This document shows positions 1 through 9,240 of a stretch of DNA of 64,000 nucleotides, one piece after another. The notes under the pieces are model-generated. The model did no database searches. It saw only the letters and a list, made by a program, of their open reading frames with translations, and was not told the DNA's origin. The position numbers and the translations under genes are program-made. How positions within the stretch are numbered: the stretch's first letter is position 1; the number at the start of each line of letters is the position of its first letter. Origin of the DNA: Gaiellaceae bacterium (GTDB taxonomy: Bacteria > Actinomycetota > Thermoleophilia > Gaiellales > Gaiellaceae); NCBI GenBank assembly GCA_036496985.1, contig DASXKE010000202.1, forward strand, positions 4,678 through 68,677. The letters are read 5' to 3'.

Positions 1-428
1 TGCTGGGTGAACGAGATGCTGAGCAGCGCGTCCGCGTACGTCTCCTGCTGGTCGCTGCCGCCGCGCGAGCGCCGGAGTAGAGCCTCGACGCGCGCGACCA
101 GCTCCTGGCGGCCGAACGGCTTGACGACGTAGTCGTCCGCTCCGCCCGTCAGCCCGCGAACGCGCTCCACCTCGGTGTCCCGCGCGGTCAGCATCAGCAC
201 GGGAACGTCCGTCACCTCGCGGATCCTCTCCAGCGTCGCCCAGCCGTCGAGACCCGGCATCGTCACGTCGAGGACGACGAGGTCGGGCGAGGCCGTGTAC
301 AGCTCGCGCAGACCCGCTCGTCCGTCCGACGCCTCGGAAACCTGATGTCCCGCTCGCTCCAGCAGCGTGCGCACGAGCCCGCGAATGTCGTCGTCGTCGT
401 CCACGACGAGGATCCGGGAACCGCTCAT
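1..428 (-). CDS. Response regulator, OmpR/PhoB-type receiver domain (3' end of the gene runs off the window)
   Basis: Reverse translation from CAT at 426-428 gives MSGSRILVVDDDDDIRGLV...PDLVVLDVTMPGLDGW...GADDYVVKPF, the receiver D/D/K signature. It is absent from the ORF track because there is no stop in the window. It is divergent from a histidine kinase. Confidence 0.85.
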   Translation of the reverse strand, partial: MSGSRILVVDDDDDIRGLVRTLLERAGHQVSEASDGRAGLRELYTASPDLVVLDVTMPGLDGWATLERIREVTDVPVLMLTARDTEVERVRGLTGGADDYVVKPFGRQELVARVEALLRRSRGGSDQQETYADALLSISFTQ

Positions 429-499
429 CGCGTCTCATTCCACCGGGGGATACGGGACTCCTGCGCGTTTTCCGATTCTTAGGCCGTAGAGGAGCGAAT

Positions 500-1750
500 T
501 TGACTGCGTCTGCCTTCACCGCGGAGTTCGCGGCCCGCTTCGCGCGTGGGGATTCCGACCTGCGCGCAAAAGCCGAGCCGCCGACGCAGCTGCTCCCGTT
601 CACGGCGATCGCCGTCGCCACGGCATACGCCTTGCTCTTCGTCCCGCCCAGCCACCTCGACTTCCGCGAGGTTTCTGCGGCAGGGCTGCTCGCTTGCGCT
701 CTGCTCGGTCTCGCCCTCGCCGCGCAGAGCGTCCCGCGCATTGCCGCAATCGCGATCCCCGTGGGGTACATCGTCCTTGTCGCGCTCCTGCGCGAGGCGG
801 CCGGCGGATCGAGCTCGGGATTCGGCGGTCTTCTGCTGCTCCCGGTTCTCTGGCTCGCGATCACCGCGGGGCGGCGCGAGCTGGCGGTGATCTTGTTTGG
901 AATGGCGGTCGCCCAGCTCGTACCGCTCGCGCTGATCGGTGCGCCGCGCTACCCGGCGTCGGGCTTCCGCGGCGCCTTCGTCCTCACGACCGTCGCCGCA
1001 ATCACCGGGCTGATGGTGCAACGTCTCGTCGCCGAGACGCGCGATCAGAACACGCGGCTGCGCGAGCTCGACCACCTGAAGGACGAGTTCGTCGCGACCG
1101 CGTCGCACGAGCTGCGGACGCCGCTCACCTCGCTCAGCGGCTATCTCGAGATGTCCCTCGACCCGGCCGAAGGCTCTCTTTCGCCGACACGCGAGAACCA
1201 CCTCAGGATCGCGCAGCGGAACGCCGGCCGGCTGAATGTCCTCGTCGACCAGCTGCTCTTCCTCGCGCGGGCCGACTCGCATCGGCTCGAGCTTCGGCCG
1301 GAGTACGTCGATCTCCCGGAGCTCCTGACCGAGGCCGCCGAGAACGCCGGTCCCGCGGCGTCTGCGAAGAACGTCGCGCTCGAGATCGAGGCCGAGCCGA
1401 AGCGGGTGGTCGCCGACCGTCCTCAGCTCGTCCGCGTCGTCGACAACCTCGTCACGAACGCCGTCAAGTTCACCCCGGACGGGGGCACCGTGCGCCTCTC
1501 GGCGCGCGGCGAAGGAGACGCGGCCGTCCTCACGGTCACCGACACCGGGGCAGGCATTTCCTCAGCCGACCTGCCGGATCTCTTCAACCGCTTCTTCCGC
1601 GGCCGGAATGCGGTCGAGGACGCGGTTCCCGGCAGTGGGCTCGGCCTCGCGATTTCCCAGGTCATCGCCGAGGCCCACGGAAGCACGATCGAGGTCGAGA
1701 GCTCGCTCGGAACCGGGTCGACCTTCCGCCTCGCCTTGCCGGCCGCGTAG
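500..1750 (+). CDS. Sensor histidine kinase (multi-TM N-terminus, HisKA + HATPase_c)
   Basis: H-box FVATASHELRTPLTS. N-box DNLVTNAVKFTP. G-boxes VTDTGAGI and GSGLGLAI. The N-terminal half is hydrophobic. TTG start. Confidence 0.85.
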   Translation: MTASAFTAEFAARFARGDSDLRAKAEPPTQLLPFTAIAVATAYALLFVPPSHLDFREVSAAGLLACALLGLALAAQSVPRIAAIAIPVGYIVLVALLREAAGGSSSGFGGLLLLPVLWLAITAGRRELAVILFGMAVAQLVPLALIGAPRYPASGFRGAFVLTTVAAITGLMVQRLVAETRDQNTRLRELDHLKDEFVATASHELRTPLTSLSGYLEMSLDPAEGSLSPTRENHLRIAQRNAGRLNVLVDQLLFLARADSHRLELRPEYVDLPELLTEAAENAGPAASAKNVALEIEAEPKRVVADRPQLVRVVDNLVTNAVKFTPDGGTVRLSARGEGDAAVLTVTDTGAGISSADLPDLFNRFFRGRNAVEDAVPGSGLGLAISQVIAEAHGSTIEVESSLGTGSTFRLALPAA

Positions 1751-1752
1751 AG

Positions 1753-2391
1753 CTAGCCGATGTCGGAGCAGTTGTTGGCGCTCAACGCGGTGATCTTCCG
1801 CGGGCTCCACTTGTAGAACGCGAGCGGGCGGTTCTTCCCGTTCGCGCTACGCATCGCAACGAGTGCCTGCGTCGGGACTCCTCCCGCGATGGTGAGCCGG
1901 AGCCGGACGAGCACCGAGCCTCCCGCCCCGCACCTCATGTTGATGTGGCCGAACTGGGTCGGAGTCGCCGTCTCCGGCGGGCCGGAGAGACCTTTCGAGT
2001 TCAGCGGGATCTTCTTGTTCACCTGCTTGCACGACGACTTGTCGATCCGCAGGCTGTTTTTCCGCGCACCGAAGCCGATCTGTGACGGCGTGGTCGTGGT
2101 GCCGTTCTTCGTCACGCTCTTCGCGCCCGTGGTCAGCGCGAACACCCCCGGCTGCTTCTGGCCGTTGATCGGCGGAAGGGTGACGCCCCCGTAGATCTTG
2201 ATGCTGCGCTGGCTACCGACGTGGCATGAGTAGGTGGCGTCGACGGGGGATGCGGAGCCGGCCGCGCGAGTGCGTGCCGCGGAGCTCGCTTGCACCGCGA
2301 CAGCGGCCGCGATGAGGGCGGCGAGCAGACCGGAGATCCAGATCCCGCGGCGTCGGTGCATGTCCAGCAGCATATGTCGGGCCGGGGCCAT
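1753..2391 (-). CDS. Hypothetical secreted protein (signal peptide, 4 Cys)
   Basis: N-terminus RRRGIWISGLLAALIAAAVAVQASSA is signal-like. GGAGA lies upstream of the ATG. I recognise no family. Confidence 0.45.
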   Translation of the reverse strand: MAPARHMLLDMHRRRGIWISGLLAALIAAAVAVQASSAARTRAAGSASPVDATYSCHVGSQRSIKIYGGVTLPPINGQKQPGVFALTTGAKSVTKNGTTTTPSQIGFGARKNSLRIDKSSCKQVNKKIPLNSKGLSGPPETATPTQFGHINMRCGAGGSVLVRLRLTIAGGVPTQALVAMRSANGKNRPLAFYKWSPRKITALSANNCSDIG

Positions 2392-2411
2392 TCTCCAGAG
2401 GCGGAAGCACG

Positions 2412-2441
2412 AAAAAAGCCCCCGCTGAGCAGGGGCTTCTT
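2412..2441 (-). terminator. Rho-independent terminator downstream of tRNA-Glu
   Basis: The minus strand reads AAGAAGCCCCTGCTCAGCGGGGGCTTTTTTC: a GC stem, a 7-8 nt loop and a T6 tract. Confidence 0.65.
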
Positions 2442-2445
2442 GAGG

Positions 2446-2518
2446 AGGCGCATACGGGATTCGAACCCGTGCCGCCGCCGTGAGAGGGCGGTGTCCTAGG
2501 CCACTAGACGAATGCGCC
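2446..2518 (-). tRNA. tRNA-Glu (anticodon CTC)
   Basis: Hand-folded cloverleaf: GGCGCAT/ATGCGCC acceptor, GTCT..GGAC D arm, CCGCC-CTCTCAC-GGCGG anticodon arm, ACGGG-TTCGAAT-CCCGT T arm. 73 nt, CCA not encoded. Confidence 0.85.
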
Positions 2519-2528
2519 CGGCGGTGGC

Positions 2529-4082
2529 CTAGTGTAGCGGCGCTTCGGGCGGATCTTCGCGGCGTCGCTTCCGGGCGAAGAACGCTCCGGCGCCTGCCGC
2601 GGACAGTGCGAAGAGCGCGCCAAGTGGGCCGCCCACGAGCAGGAGCATGTCGTTCCCGCCGACCGGAATGTGCTCCGCCGTTGGTATCGCGGCTGCGACC
2701 GGCAACGGCAACGCGCCGGAGGCCTGGAAACTCAGCGCGTGCAGGAACGGCGCCTCATCGGTCGTCGTCGGCCTCTTCTCGCTGAGCAGGTGACGGGAGA
2801 CGACCAACTGCGCCTCGATCCGCCGCGCGCCGACGTACTGGTTCGCGAACGCCTTGTCGCTGAGGGTGTCGATGCGAACGAACGAGCCGGTGTGGGGGGC
2901 ATCGATGAAATAGCCGTCGCCGACGTAGATCCCGACGTGTCCAGGCGCCTTGCGCGTGCCGTCGGAGCCGACGAAGAAGACGAGATCACCCGCCTCGAGG
3001 TGGTGCGGCGAGACCCAGACCCCGTCGGGGGACGTGTACTGCGAAACCGTGTAGTGCGGGAGTGAGACTCCGAGCTTCGCGAACACGTACGTGACGAGTC
3101 CCGAGCAGTCGAAGCCGGTCGCCGGGGTTGCGCCGCCCCACTGGTACTTGATCCCGAGATACTGCATCGCGGCCGAGACGACCGCGTTGTGCTTGACGAC
3201 CGGCGTCAAAAGATTGTTGTCGACGAACGGGTCGGGCGCCTGGGGAAACCCGATCACCTTCTGCCTCGCCCTGGCCTTCGCTGCCCGCGTCGCCTTCTGC
3301 GAGCTCGAGAGGTGACCGTGGTGCGCGCTCGCCCTCGAACCGTGGGCGGACCGACCCGACGCGGCGAAGCCGATGGCAATCGTCGTCCCGGCGGGCAGGC
3401 CGCCATGCGCCGCGCTGAGCTCCACGACGAGCGGGGCCCTCAGCCGGCCGACCGTCCTCGCGAAACTGACCTGGCCCCAGCCGCCGACCTGCACCGAGTC
3501 GCCGGCGCTCAGGGCCGTCGCCGAGCCGTAGAGGGCGACGCCGCTCACCGTCCCGCGGCCGTCCACCGCGGAGACGCTCTGCGCGGTGATCTCTCCGCCG
3601 AACAGTGACACCGAACCGAGCGAGACGCGCCCCGACCCGCAGGAGGAGCCGCCCCCGCTCGAGTAGCCGAAGCGGACGATCGGCGCCCGCGTCGGATACT
3701 CCGACGCACCGCGGCTGGACGCGGGGGTGCCAAGCGCCAGTGCTCGCTGCCCCGGCTCGGCGATCGCGGCCGCGCCTGCTCCGACGCAGCCGTTCGACAG
3801 ATACGTGGCCGGGAGGCTCGAATAGCTCTTCGGCGCCGGCTTCGTCTTCGTCGTGGTCGTGGCGGCGGTCGTCGACGACGTCGTCGTGGTTGCCGCGGTC
3901 GTCGTGGTGGTGGTGGTGGTGGTGGTGGTTGTCGCAGTCGTGGTGGTCGACGTCGCGGTCGTGGTCGCCTCCGACGTGGTGGTCTCCACCGTGGTTGTCG
4001 CGGGCCCGGCGCCGTAGGCCGAGGCTGTGCCGGCCGCAGCCAGAAGAACGACGAGAATGACGAGCCGGACCCCGCGCCGCAT
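2529..4082 (-). CDS. NlpC/P60 (C40) family cell-wall peptidase with poly-Thr linker and C-terminal membrane anchor
   Basis: Signal peptide followed by a Thr-rich stretch. Catalytic region YQWGGATPATGFDCSGLVTYVF...GHVGIYVGDGYFIDAPHTG. C-terminal hydrophobic helix followed by RKRRRE. Confidence 0.85.
   Translation of the reverse strand: MRRGVRLVILVVLLAAAGTASAYGAGPATTTVETTTSEATTTATSTTTTATTTTTTTTTTTTAATTTTSSTTAATTTTKTKPAPKSYSSLPATYLSNGCVGAGAAAIAEPGQRALALGTPASSRGASEYPTRAPIVRFGYSSGGGSSCGSGRVSLGSVSLFGGEITAQSVSAVDGRGTVSGVALYGSATALSAGDSVQVGGWGQVSFARTVGRLRAPLVVELSAAHGGLPAGTTIAIGFAASGRSAHGSRASAHHGHLSSSQKATRAAKARARQKVIGFPQAPDPFVDNNLLTPVVKHNAVVSAAMQYLGIKYQWGGATPATGFDCSGLVTYVFAKLGVSLPHYTVSQYTSPDGVWVSPHHLEAGDLVFFVGSDGTRKAPGHVGIYVGDGYFIDAPHTGSFVRIDTLSDKAFANQYVGARRIEAQLVVSRHLLSEKRPTTTDEAPFLHALSFQASGALPLPVAAAIPTAEHIPVGGNDMLLLVGGPLGALFALSAAGAGAFFARKRRREDPPEAPLH
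3906..3929 (-). repeat. (GGT)8 trinucleotide run, (ACC)8 on the coding strand, encoding part of the poly-Thr tract
   Basis: Eight perfect GGT units read directly in the sequence, inside the NlpC/P60 gene. Confidence 0.9.
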
Positions 4083-4155
4083 CGCCCCAGTGTGCCGAAC
4101 CCGTCGGCGTTTCGCGGAAATTGCCGGATTTCGTTACAGCGTGTCAACACTCCGC

Positions 4156-5211
4156 GTGCCCGAGGGGGCCGATGCCTACGATCTCGACGTGGTCGTCGAG
4201 GAGAGCACGGGGCTTGCGGTCGAGGTCGTCGAACTCGTCAAGCGGTATCCGAGATCGCCGGTGAACGCCGTCGACGGCGTGTCCTTCGCGGCGGCGCCGG
4301 GTGAGGTGTTCGGGTTGCTCGGGCCGAACGGGGCGGGGAAGACGACGACCGTCGGGATGTTGACGACCCGTGTCCGGCCGACCGCCGGGGCGGCCCGAAT
4401 CGGCGGCATCGACGTCATGCACGATCCGGTGACGGCACGCGCCCAGCTCGCGGTCGTGCCGCAGCGCAGCAACCTCGACCGCTCCATCTCGATCCGCGAC
4501 AACCTGATCTTCCACGCCGCGTACCACGGAGTCCCGGCTGGCGAGCGTGAGCGGAGGGCCGACGAGATGCTCGAGCAGTTCGGGCTGATCGACAGAGCGG
4601 GGGACAAGCCCGACTTCTTCTCCGGCGGGCAGTCGCAGCGCGTGATGATCGCCCGCGCGCTGATGCACGCGCCGCGCGTGCTCTTCCTCGACGAGCCGAC
4701 GACCGGCCTCGACCCGGCGGCGCGCCTGTTTGTCTGGGACCGGCTGCGCGAACTGCGCGACTCGAGCGTCACGCTCATCCTGACGACGCACGACATGGAC
4801 GAGGCGGCGCTCCTCGCCGATACGGTCGCGATCATGGATCATGGCCACCTGCTCGCCCTCGACACGCCCGATGCGTTGATCAGCACGCTCGAAGGCGAGG
4901 GAACTCTTGAGCTCACGGCGGACCGGCCCGCCGATGACACGGTGGTCGACGCGCTCGCCGGGCTCGCCGGCGTCGGGACGGTCGAGACCGTGCATCTCGC
5001 CGCCGAGGACGACGGCGTCCCCGGCGCGCCGTCGTCGGCCGACTCCCAGCCGCTTCGTGTGCGGCTCTATCTCACGGGCGACGCGGCACTGTGCGTTGCG
5101 CCCGCGGCCGCGGTCCTCTCCCAGCACGGGCTCGCGCTGCAGGACGTGAAGCTCGGGGCGCCGACCCTCGAGGACGTGTTCATCCACCTCACCGGCAGGA
5201 CGCTGCGATGA
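4156..5211 (+). CDS. ABC transporter ATP-binding protein (DrrA/ABC-2 type)
   Basis: Walker A GPNGAGKTT, signature FSGGQSQRV, Walker B LFLDEPTTGLD. GTG 4156 was chosen because the longer ORF (start 4027) overlaps the divergent gene. The start is uncertain. Confidence 0.85.
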   Translation: MPEGADAYDLDVVVEESTGLAVEVVELVKRYPRSPVNAVDGVSFAAAPGEVFGLLGPNGAGKTTTVGMLTTRVRPTAGAARIGGIDVMHDPVTARAQLAVVPQRSNLDRSISIRDNLIFHAAYHGVPAGERERRADEMLEQFGLIDRAGDKPDFFSGGQSQRVMIARALMHAPRVLFLDEPTTGLDPAARLFVWDRLRELRDSSVTLILTTHDMDEAALLADTVAIMDHGHLLALDTPDALISTLEGEGTLELTADRPADDTVVDALAGLAGVGTVETVHLAAEDDGVPGAPSSADSQPLRVRLYLTGDAALCVAPAAAVLSQHGLALQDVKLGAPTLEDVFIHLTGRTLR

Positions 5212-6014
5212 GCGCGGTCGCCGCACCTGCGCTGCAGCAGGGAACGCAGTGGCGCGCCTTTCGCGCCGTTCTCCGCCGCGACCTCTACGTCACCTACCGG
5301 GAGTTCCCCGCCTTTCTCGCGCAGGTCATCCTGCAGCCGCTGTTCCTGCTCTTCGTGTTCGGCTACGTGCTCAAGAGCCTCAACTACACGAAGCACGGCT
5401 ACACGAATGTGCTCTATCCCGGCCTGCTCGCGCTGACGGCGGTGATCACGGCGCTGCAGGCGCTCGCCTTCCCGCTCGTCGCCGAATTCGGCTGGACGAA
5501 GGAGATCGAGGACCGGCTGCTCGCGCCGATGCCGACCTCGTTCGTCGTGGGCGAGAAGGTGCTCTTCGCCGTCCTCCGTTCGCTTACTGCGACGCTGATC
5601 ATGATCCCGCTCGGGATCATCGTCCTCGGCTCGATCCCGTGGCGCTGGGCCGGCTTCCCTCTTTTGCTCGCAGGCCTGCTGCTCGGAGCTCTCGTCGGCG
5701 CCGGCTTCGGCCTGGTGATGGGGACGTTCGTCAGACCGGAGCGGATCAGCCTGCTCTTCTCGCTCGTCTTCACGCCGCTCCTCTTCACCGGCTGCACCCA
5801 GTACCCCTGGCCGAAGCTCGATCAGATTCGCTGGTTCCAGATCGTCACTGCCTGCAACCCGATGACGTACGTCAGCGAGGCGCTGCGCGGCGCAATGGTG
5901 CCGGACGAGGTGCCGCACATCCAGCCGTGGATCTGCATCGTCGTGCTCGTCTTCTCCGTTGCTGCGTTACTGACCGTCGGATCGCGCGGCTTCTATCGCC
6001 GCGCGATCGACTGA
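5208..6014 (+). CDS. ABC-2 type transporter permease
   Basis: ATGA overlap with the upstream ATPase. About six hydrophobic segments. Typical ABC-2 architecture. Confidence 0.8.
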   Translation: MSAVAAPALQQGTQWRAFRAVLRRDLYVTYREFPAFLAQVILQPLFLLFVFGYVLKSLNYTKHGYTNVLYPGLLALTAVITALQALAFPLVAEFGWTKEIEDRLLAPMPTSFVVGEKVLFAVLRSLTATLIMIPLGIIVLGSIPWRWAGFPLLLAGLLLGALVGAGFGLVMGTFVRPERISLLFSLVFTPLLFTGCTQYPWPKLDQIRWFQIVTACNPMTYVSEALRGAMVPDEVPHIQPWICIVVLVFSVAALLTVGSRGFYRRAID

Positions 6015-6032
6015 CGCACAAGCCGCGCCGGG

Positions 6033-6392
6033 CTAGTTGACGGTGAGCTTGAGATAGTTGTCGTCGGGCGCCTGGCCGACCATCATGATCACGTAGTTGC
6101 CGCGGCCGACCACGATCGACTTGCCCATCGGGATGTGCTTCATCCCGGTGCGGGAGGCGACCTTCAGTGCGGCCTCGTCGAGATCGACGAGCCGGACGTG
6201 AGAGGCGTTGACGGTGGCCGTCTTCGCGAACTTTCCGTGAACAGAGAACCAATGGCAGCCGGGGTCGTGCATGACGATGTTCAGCGTCTTCGGTGCCGAC
6301 TGGTGATGAGTCGTCGCGAACGCCTGACCGGTGCCGAACGCTCCGGCGCAGACGATCGCCGTGACTGCGAGTGCGAGCGTCGCGATCTTCAT
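6033..6392 (-). CDS. Small secreted protein of unknown function
   Basis: MKIATLALAVTAIVCAGAFGTGQAFA is a signal peptide. AAGGAG lies 5 nt upstream of ATG 6392. The longer track ORF (to 6494) is probably an over-extension. Confidence 0.5.
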   Translation of the reverse strand: MKIATLALAVTAIVCAGAFGTGQAFATTHHQSAPKTLNIVMHDPGCHWFSVHGKFAKTATVNASHVRLVDLDEAALKVASRTGMKHIPMGKSIVVGRGNYVIMMVGQAPDDNYLKLTVN

Positions 6393-6524
6393 GATTGCTC
6401 CTTGGGTGATCCGTGGCATTGCGCGAATGATCCGTACGCGCGCGCCTGCCGGAATCCGCGTGAAGCGTGACCTGCACTCGGTAATTCCCCGCACGTGCCC
6501 TTCGTCCGATCGGGCGAGGCGGTT

Positions 6525-6558
6525 CCGGGAGAAGCCCGCACAGGCGGGCGTCTCCCGG
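6525..6558 (-). terminator. Long GC-rich hairpin downstream of the 96-aa gene (no U tract)
   Basis: Minus strand CCGGGAGA-CGCCCGC-CTGT-GCGGGC-T-TCTCCCGG, 11 nt after the stop codon. Confidence 0.4.
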
Positions 6559-6569
6559 GCAAGACTCCG

Positions 6570-6860
6570 TTACTCGTCCTCTGCGGGCGTGTCCGAGTCG
6601 GGGTCGATCTGGTCTGCGCGTGCGCCGACCTCGGCCGCGACTCGCCGCGACTCGCGGGCCTCGCGGACCTGCTCCTGCGCGACGCGCTCGCGCTCTTCGG
6701 CCTGCTGCGTCCGTGTGTCCGCTTCCTGGCGCAGCTCCTGCGCCTGTTCGCGGCGCTGTCGCTTGTCGCGGTTGCGCATCGCGCCGACGACGATCGCGCC
6801 GATTGCGACCAGCACGGCGATCGCGATCACCACCCAAATCCAAGCTGCCATTCCATGCAC
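6570..6860 (-). CDS. Membrane-anchored charged coiled-coil protein (hypothetical)
   Basis: N-terminal TM segment AAWIWVVIAIAVLVAIGAIVVGA followed by an R/E/Q-rich helix. GGAGGAGG precedes the start. Confidence 0.5.
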   Translation of the reverse strand: MHGMAAWIWVVIAIAVLVAIGAIVVGAMRNRDKRQRREQAQELRQEADTRTQQAEERERVAQEQVREARESRRVAAEVGARADQIDPDSDTPAEDE

Positions 6861-6911
6861 CTCCTCCGTTCACAGAGCAACGGGAGACGCGGCCGTTCGG
6901 TTCCGCTGGAG

Positions 6912-6982
6912 CTGCGGGGCAGGGATTCGAACCCCAACTTCCTGATCCAGAGTCAGGCGTCCTACCATTAGACGACCCCGCA
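6912..6982 (-). tRNA. tRNA-Gln (anticodon CTG)
   Basis: Hand-folded: TGCGGGG/CCCCGCA acceptor, GTCT-AATGGTA-GGAC D arm, CCTGA-CTCTGGA-TCAGG anticodon arm, TTCGAAT T loop. 71 nt, CCA not encoded. Confidence 0.85.
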
Positions 6983-7014
6983 CCGGGTCGGCGGCAGTGT
7001 AGCGAGGGCCCTGT

Positions 7015-7893
7015 CTAGATTTCGAGCCGGTACATCGGCACGAGGCGGGTCTCGGTCTCGGTGTCGATGTGCGCCACGACCTCGACGTACGGCTCGAGGC
7101 CGCTGCCGCGGAGCTTTGCCTTCAGCAGGCCGTCGACCTGGAAGATTCCGGAGCTGTTGTTCATCAGGATCTCGATCTTGATCGGGCGTTCCTCGCCGTC
7201 GGTGATCGTGACGTCCTCTATCGCCGCCGCCGACAACGAGTGCATCGAGATGCTGCCCTTCTCGAACGGGATCCTCGAGCGGCCCTTCGCCATGTCGAGC
7301 GCGTCGGCGACCCGGACGATGCCGGCGTCGACCGTCAGCGGCTCGCCGTCGGCGCGGTGGCTGATGATCGCCTGCAGCACCTCCGAGACGATCACCGTCT
7401 TGTCGGGCTCGTCATAGAGGCCGTCGAGCAGCTCGCGCATCTTCGGCTCGGAGAGGAAGAGCGAGAAGTCCTCGTGGCCGTGCCGGTGGATCGACATCCC
7501 GACGCAGTGGAAGAGCGCGGCCAGGACGACGACGATTTCCGCGTCGTCCTGCTCGAGGCCGAAGTCGCGGACGAGCCCCGGCTCGACGCCGTGTTTCGTC
7601 AGCTGGCGCAGGAGCTTGAGCGCGATGTTCGTGACGATCTGGACGTGAACCCAGGAGTGGTCGTTGATCGCCATCCGCGAGACGGCGTTGACGTTCGAGA
7701 CGTGCCACCAGCCCTTGACCTGGTCGTCGGCGTTGACGCGCTCGACGAGCGTCCGAAGCTTGCGGTTGCCGCGCACCGGCACGTTGATCTTCATGCGCGC
7801 GACCGCTTCGGCGGGCGTGAGGCGCGCTTCGTGCTCGGCTTCGGCGTCGACCGGTTGGTCGATTCGCTCCGCCGTCTCCTTGTCGATCGACAT
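7015..7893 (-). CDS. HD-superfamily-like metal-dependent phosphohydrolase
   Basis: The HVQIV...LAALFHCVGMSIHRHGHEDF...RVADALD pattern resembles an HD domain, but the usual H-D dyad reads H-C. Start taken at MSIDKE (7893). Confidence 0.65.
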   Translation of the reverse strand: MSIDKETAERIDQPVDAEAEHEARLTPAEAVARMKINVPVRGNRKLRTLVERVNADDQVKGWWHVSNVNAVSRMAINDHSWVHVQIVTNIALKLLRQLTKHGVEPGLVRDFGLEQDDAEIVVVLAALFHCVGMSIHRHGHEDFSLFLSEPKMRELLDGLYDEPDKTVIVSEVLQAIISHRADGEPLTVDAGIVRVADALDMAKGRSRIPFEKGSISMHSLSAAAIEDVTITDGEERPIKIEILMNNSSGIFQVDGLLKAKLRGSGLEPYVEVVAHIDTETETRLVPMYRLEI

Positions 7894-7917
7894 CGGGCTC
7901 AGTCTGACGGATGTGAG

Positions 7918-9240
7918 ATGAATATCGCCATGGACGCACACCCTGTCACGCTTGTGGTCGACGACGACCTCTCACGGAACCGCCTGACCGTTCTCGTGCG
8001 GATCCTGCTTGCGATCCCGCATCTCATCTGGTTTTTCCTCTGGTCGATCCTTGCTCTGCTCGGCTCGATCCTCAACTGGTTCGCGACGCTTATCCTCGGC
8101 CAGCCTCCCGCGTGGCTCCATCGATTTCTCTGTGCCTACATCCGGTACAGCGTGCACCTGAGCGCGTACCTCTATCTCACGGCCAATCCGTACCCGGGAT
8201 TCATGGGCGAGGCCGGCTCGTACCCGATCGACGTGGAGCTGCCGCAAGAGCCGCAGCGGCAGTCGCGCTGGAAGACCCTACTCCGGCTGATCCTCGCGCT
8301 GCCCGCCCTCGTGCTCGCCGCCCTGCTCGGAGGCGGAGTCGGCTTCTCGTACGGCACCTTCTCCCGCAGCGGCCGCAGTGGGTCATCGCGGAACTACTCG
8401 AGCCTCGGGGGTGGGGGCTTGCTGGCCGGTGCCTGCGCTGTGCTCGGCTGGTTCGCGTCGATCGTGCTCGGGCGCATGCCGCGTGGCCTGCGTGACGCCG
8501 GCGCCTACGGCGTCGGCTACGGCGCGCAGGTGCGCGCATACACGCTGCTCATCACCGACACCTACCCGAACACCGATCCGGGCGCGCTCCTGCAGTCCGT
8601 GGAGCCTCCGCCGGAGCATCCGGTGCGCCTCGTCGGCGACGCCCACGATCTACGCCGGTCGCGGCTGACGGTCTTCTTCCGGTTGCCGCTCGTCATCCCG
8701 CACCTCGTCTGGCTCTACCTCTGGTCGATCGCCGCCGCGCTCACCGTGATCGTCAACTGGTTCGCGACGCTCGTGCTGGGTCGCTCACCGGAGCCGTTCC
8801 ACCGGTTCCTCTCGAGATACGTCCGCTACGTGCTGCATGTCTACGCCTTCGCGTCGCTCGCCGCCAACCCGTTCCCGGGCTTCACAGGGGCGGCGGGCAC
8901 GTATCCGCTCGATCTCGTGCTTCCCGAGGAACCGCAGCGGCAGAACCGGTGGAAGACGCTCTTCCGCCTCTTCCTCGCCGTTCCCGCCTGGATCGTCAGC
9001 ATCGCGCTCAGCTACACGCTGTTCGTGTGTGCGTTCTTCACGTGGTTCGTCGCGCTCGTTACCGGCTCAGCGCCCTGGGGCCTGCGCAATCTCTCGGCCT
9101 ACTCGCTGCGCTACCTCGCGCAGGTCAACGCCTACATCTACCTCCTGACCGATCGATATCCGCACGCGAGCCCGCTCGAGGGAGAGGACACGCCCGCCGA
9201 GGCGGCCACCGTGCTGCCCGTCGCGTTGCCTGCCGAGTGA
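7918..9240 (+). CDS. DUF4389-type integral membrane protein, internally duplicated
   Basis: Two copies of RLTV(L/F)xR..L.IPHL(I/V)W...NWFATL(I/V)LG..P...HRFL..Y(I/V)RY..H..A...L.ANP(Y/F)PGF. The first 283 codons of the 723-aa track ORF are antisense to the HD gene and were discarded. Confidence 0.7.
   Translation: MNIAMDAHPVTLVVDDDLSRNRLTVLVRILLAIPHLIWFFLWSILALLGSILNWFATLILGQPPAWLHRFLCAYIRYSVHLSAYLYLTANPYPGFMGEAGSYPIDVELPQEPQRQSRWKTLLRLILALPALVLAALLGGGVGFSYGTFSRSGRSGSSRNYSSLGGGGLLAGACAVLGWFASIVLGRMPRGLRDAGAYGVGYGAQVRAYTLLITDTYPNTDPGALLQSVEPPPEHPVRLVGDAHDLRRSRLTVFFRLPLVIPHLVWLYLWSIAAALTVIVNWFATLVLGRSPEPFHRFLSRYVRYVLHVYAFASLAANPFPGFTGAAGTYPLDLVLPEEPQRQNRWKTLFRLFLAVPAWIVSIALSYTLFVCAFFTWFVALVTGSAPWGLRNLSAYSLRYLAQVNAYIYLLTDRYPHASPLEGEDTPAEAATVLPVALPAE

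Noticed and set aside
479-1282. 267-aa minus-strand ORF and other short overlapping ORFs across the histidine kinase gene
   Set aside because: They are antisense or out of frame to a kinase with complete H, N and G boxes, and have Arg-rich artefact composition.
4083-4155. ydaO/c-di-AMP riboswitch upstream of the NlpC/P60 gene, as seen for some actinobacterial cell-wall hydrolases
   Set aside because: The intergenic region is only about 73 bp, too short for that riboswitch. I could not find its conserved segments.
2392-7014. Integrative element next to tRNA-Glu or tRNA-Gln
   Set aside because: There is no integrase, excisionase or att-like duplication of the tRNA 3' end nearby. The flanking genes are ordinary cell-envelope and transport genes with native composition.
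7069-7917. First 283 codons of the 723-aa ORF 7069..9240
   Set aside because: This part is antisense to the HD-like gene. The DUF4389 homology begins only after the ATG at 7918/7930.
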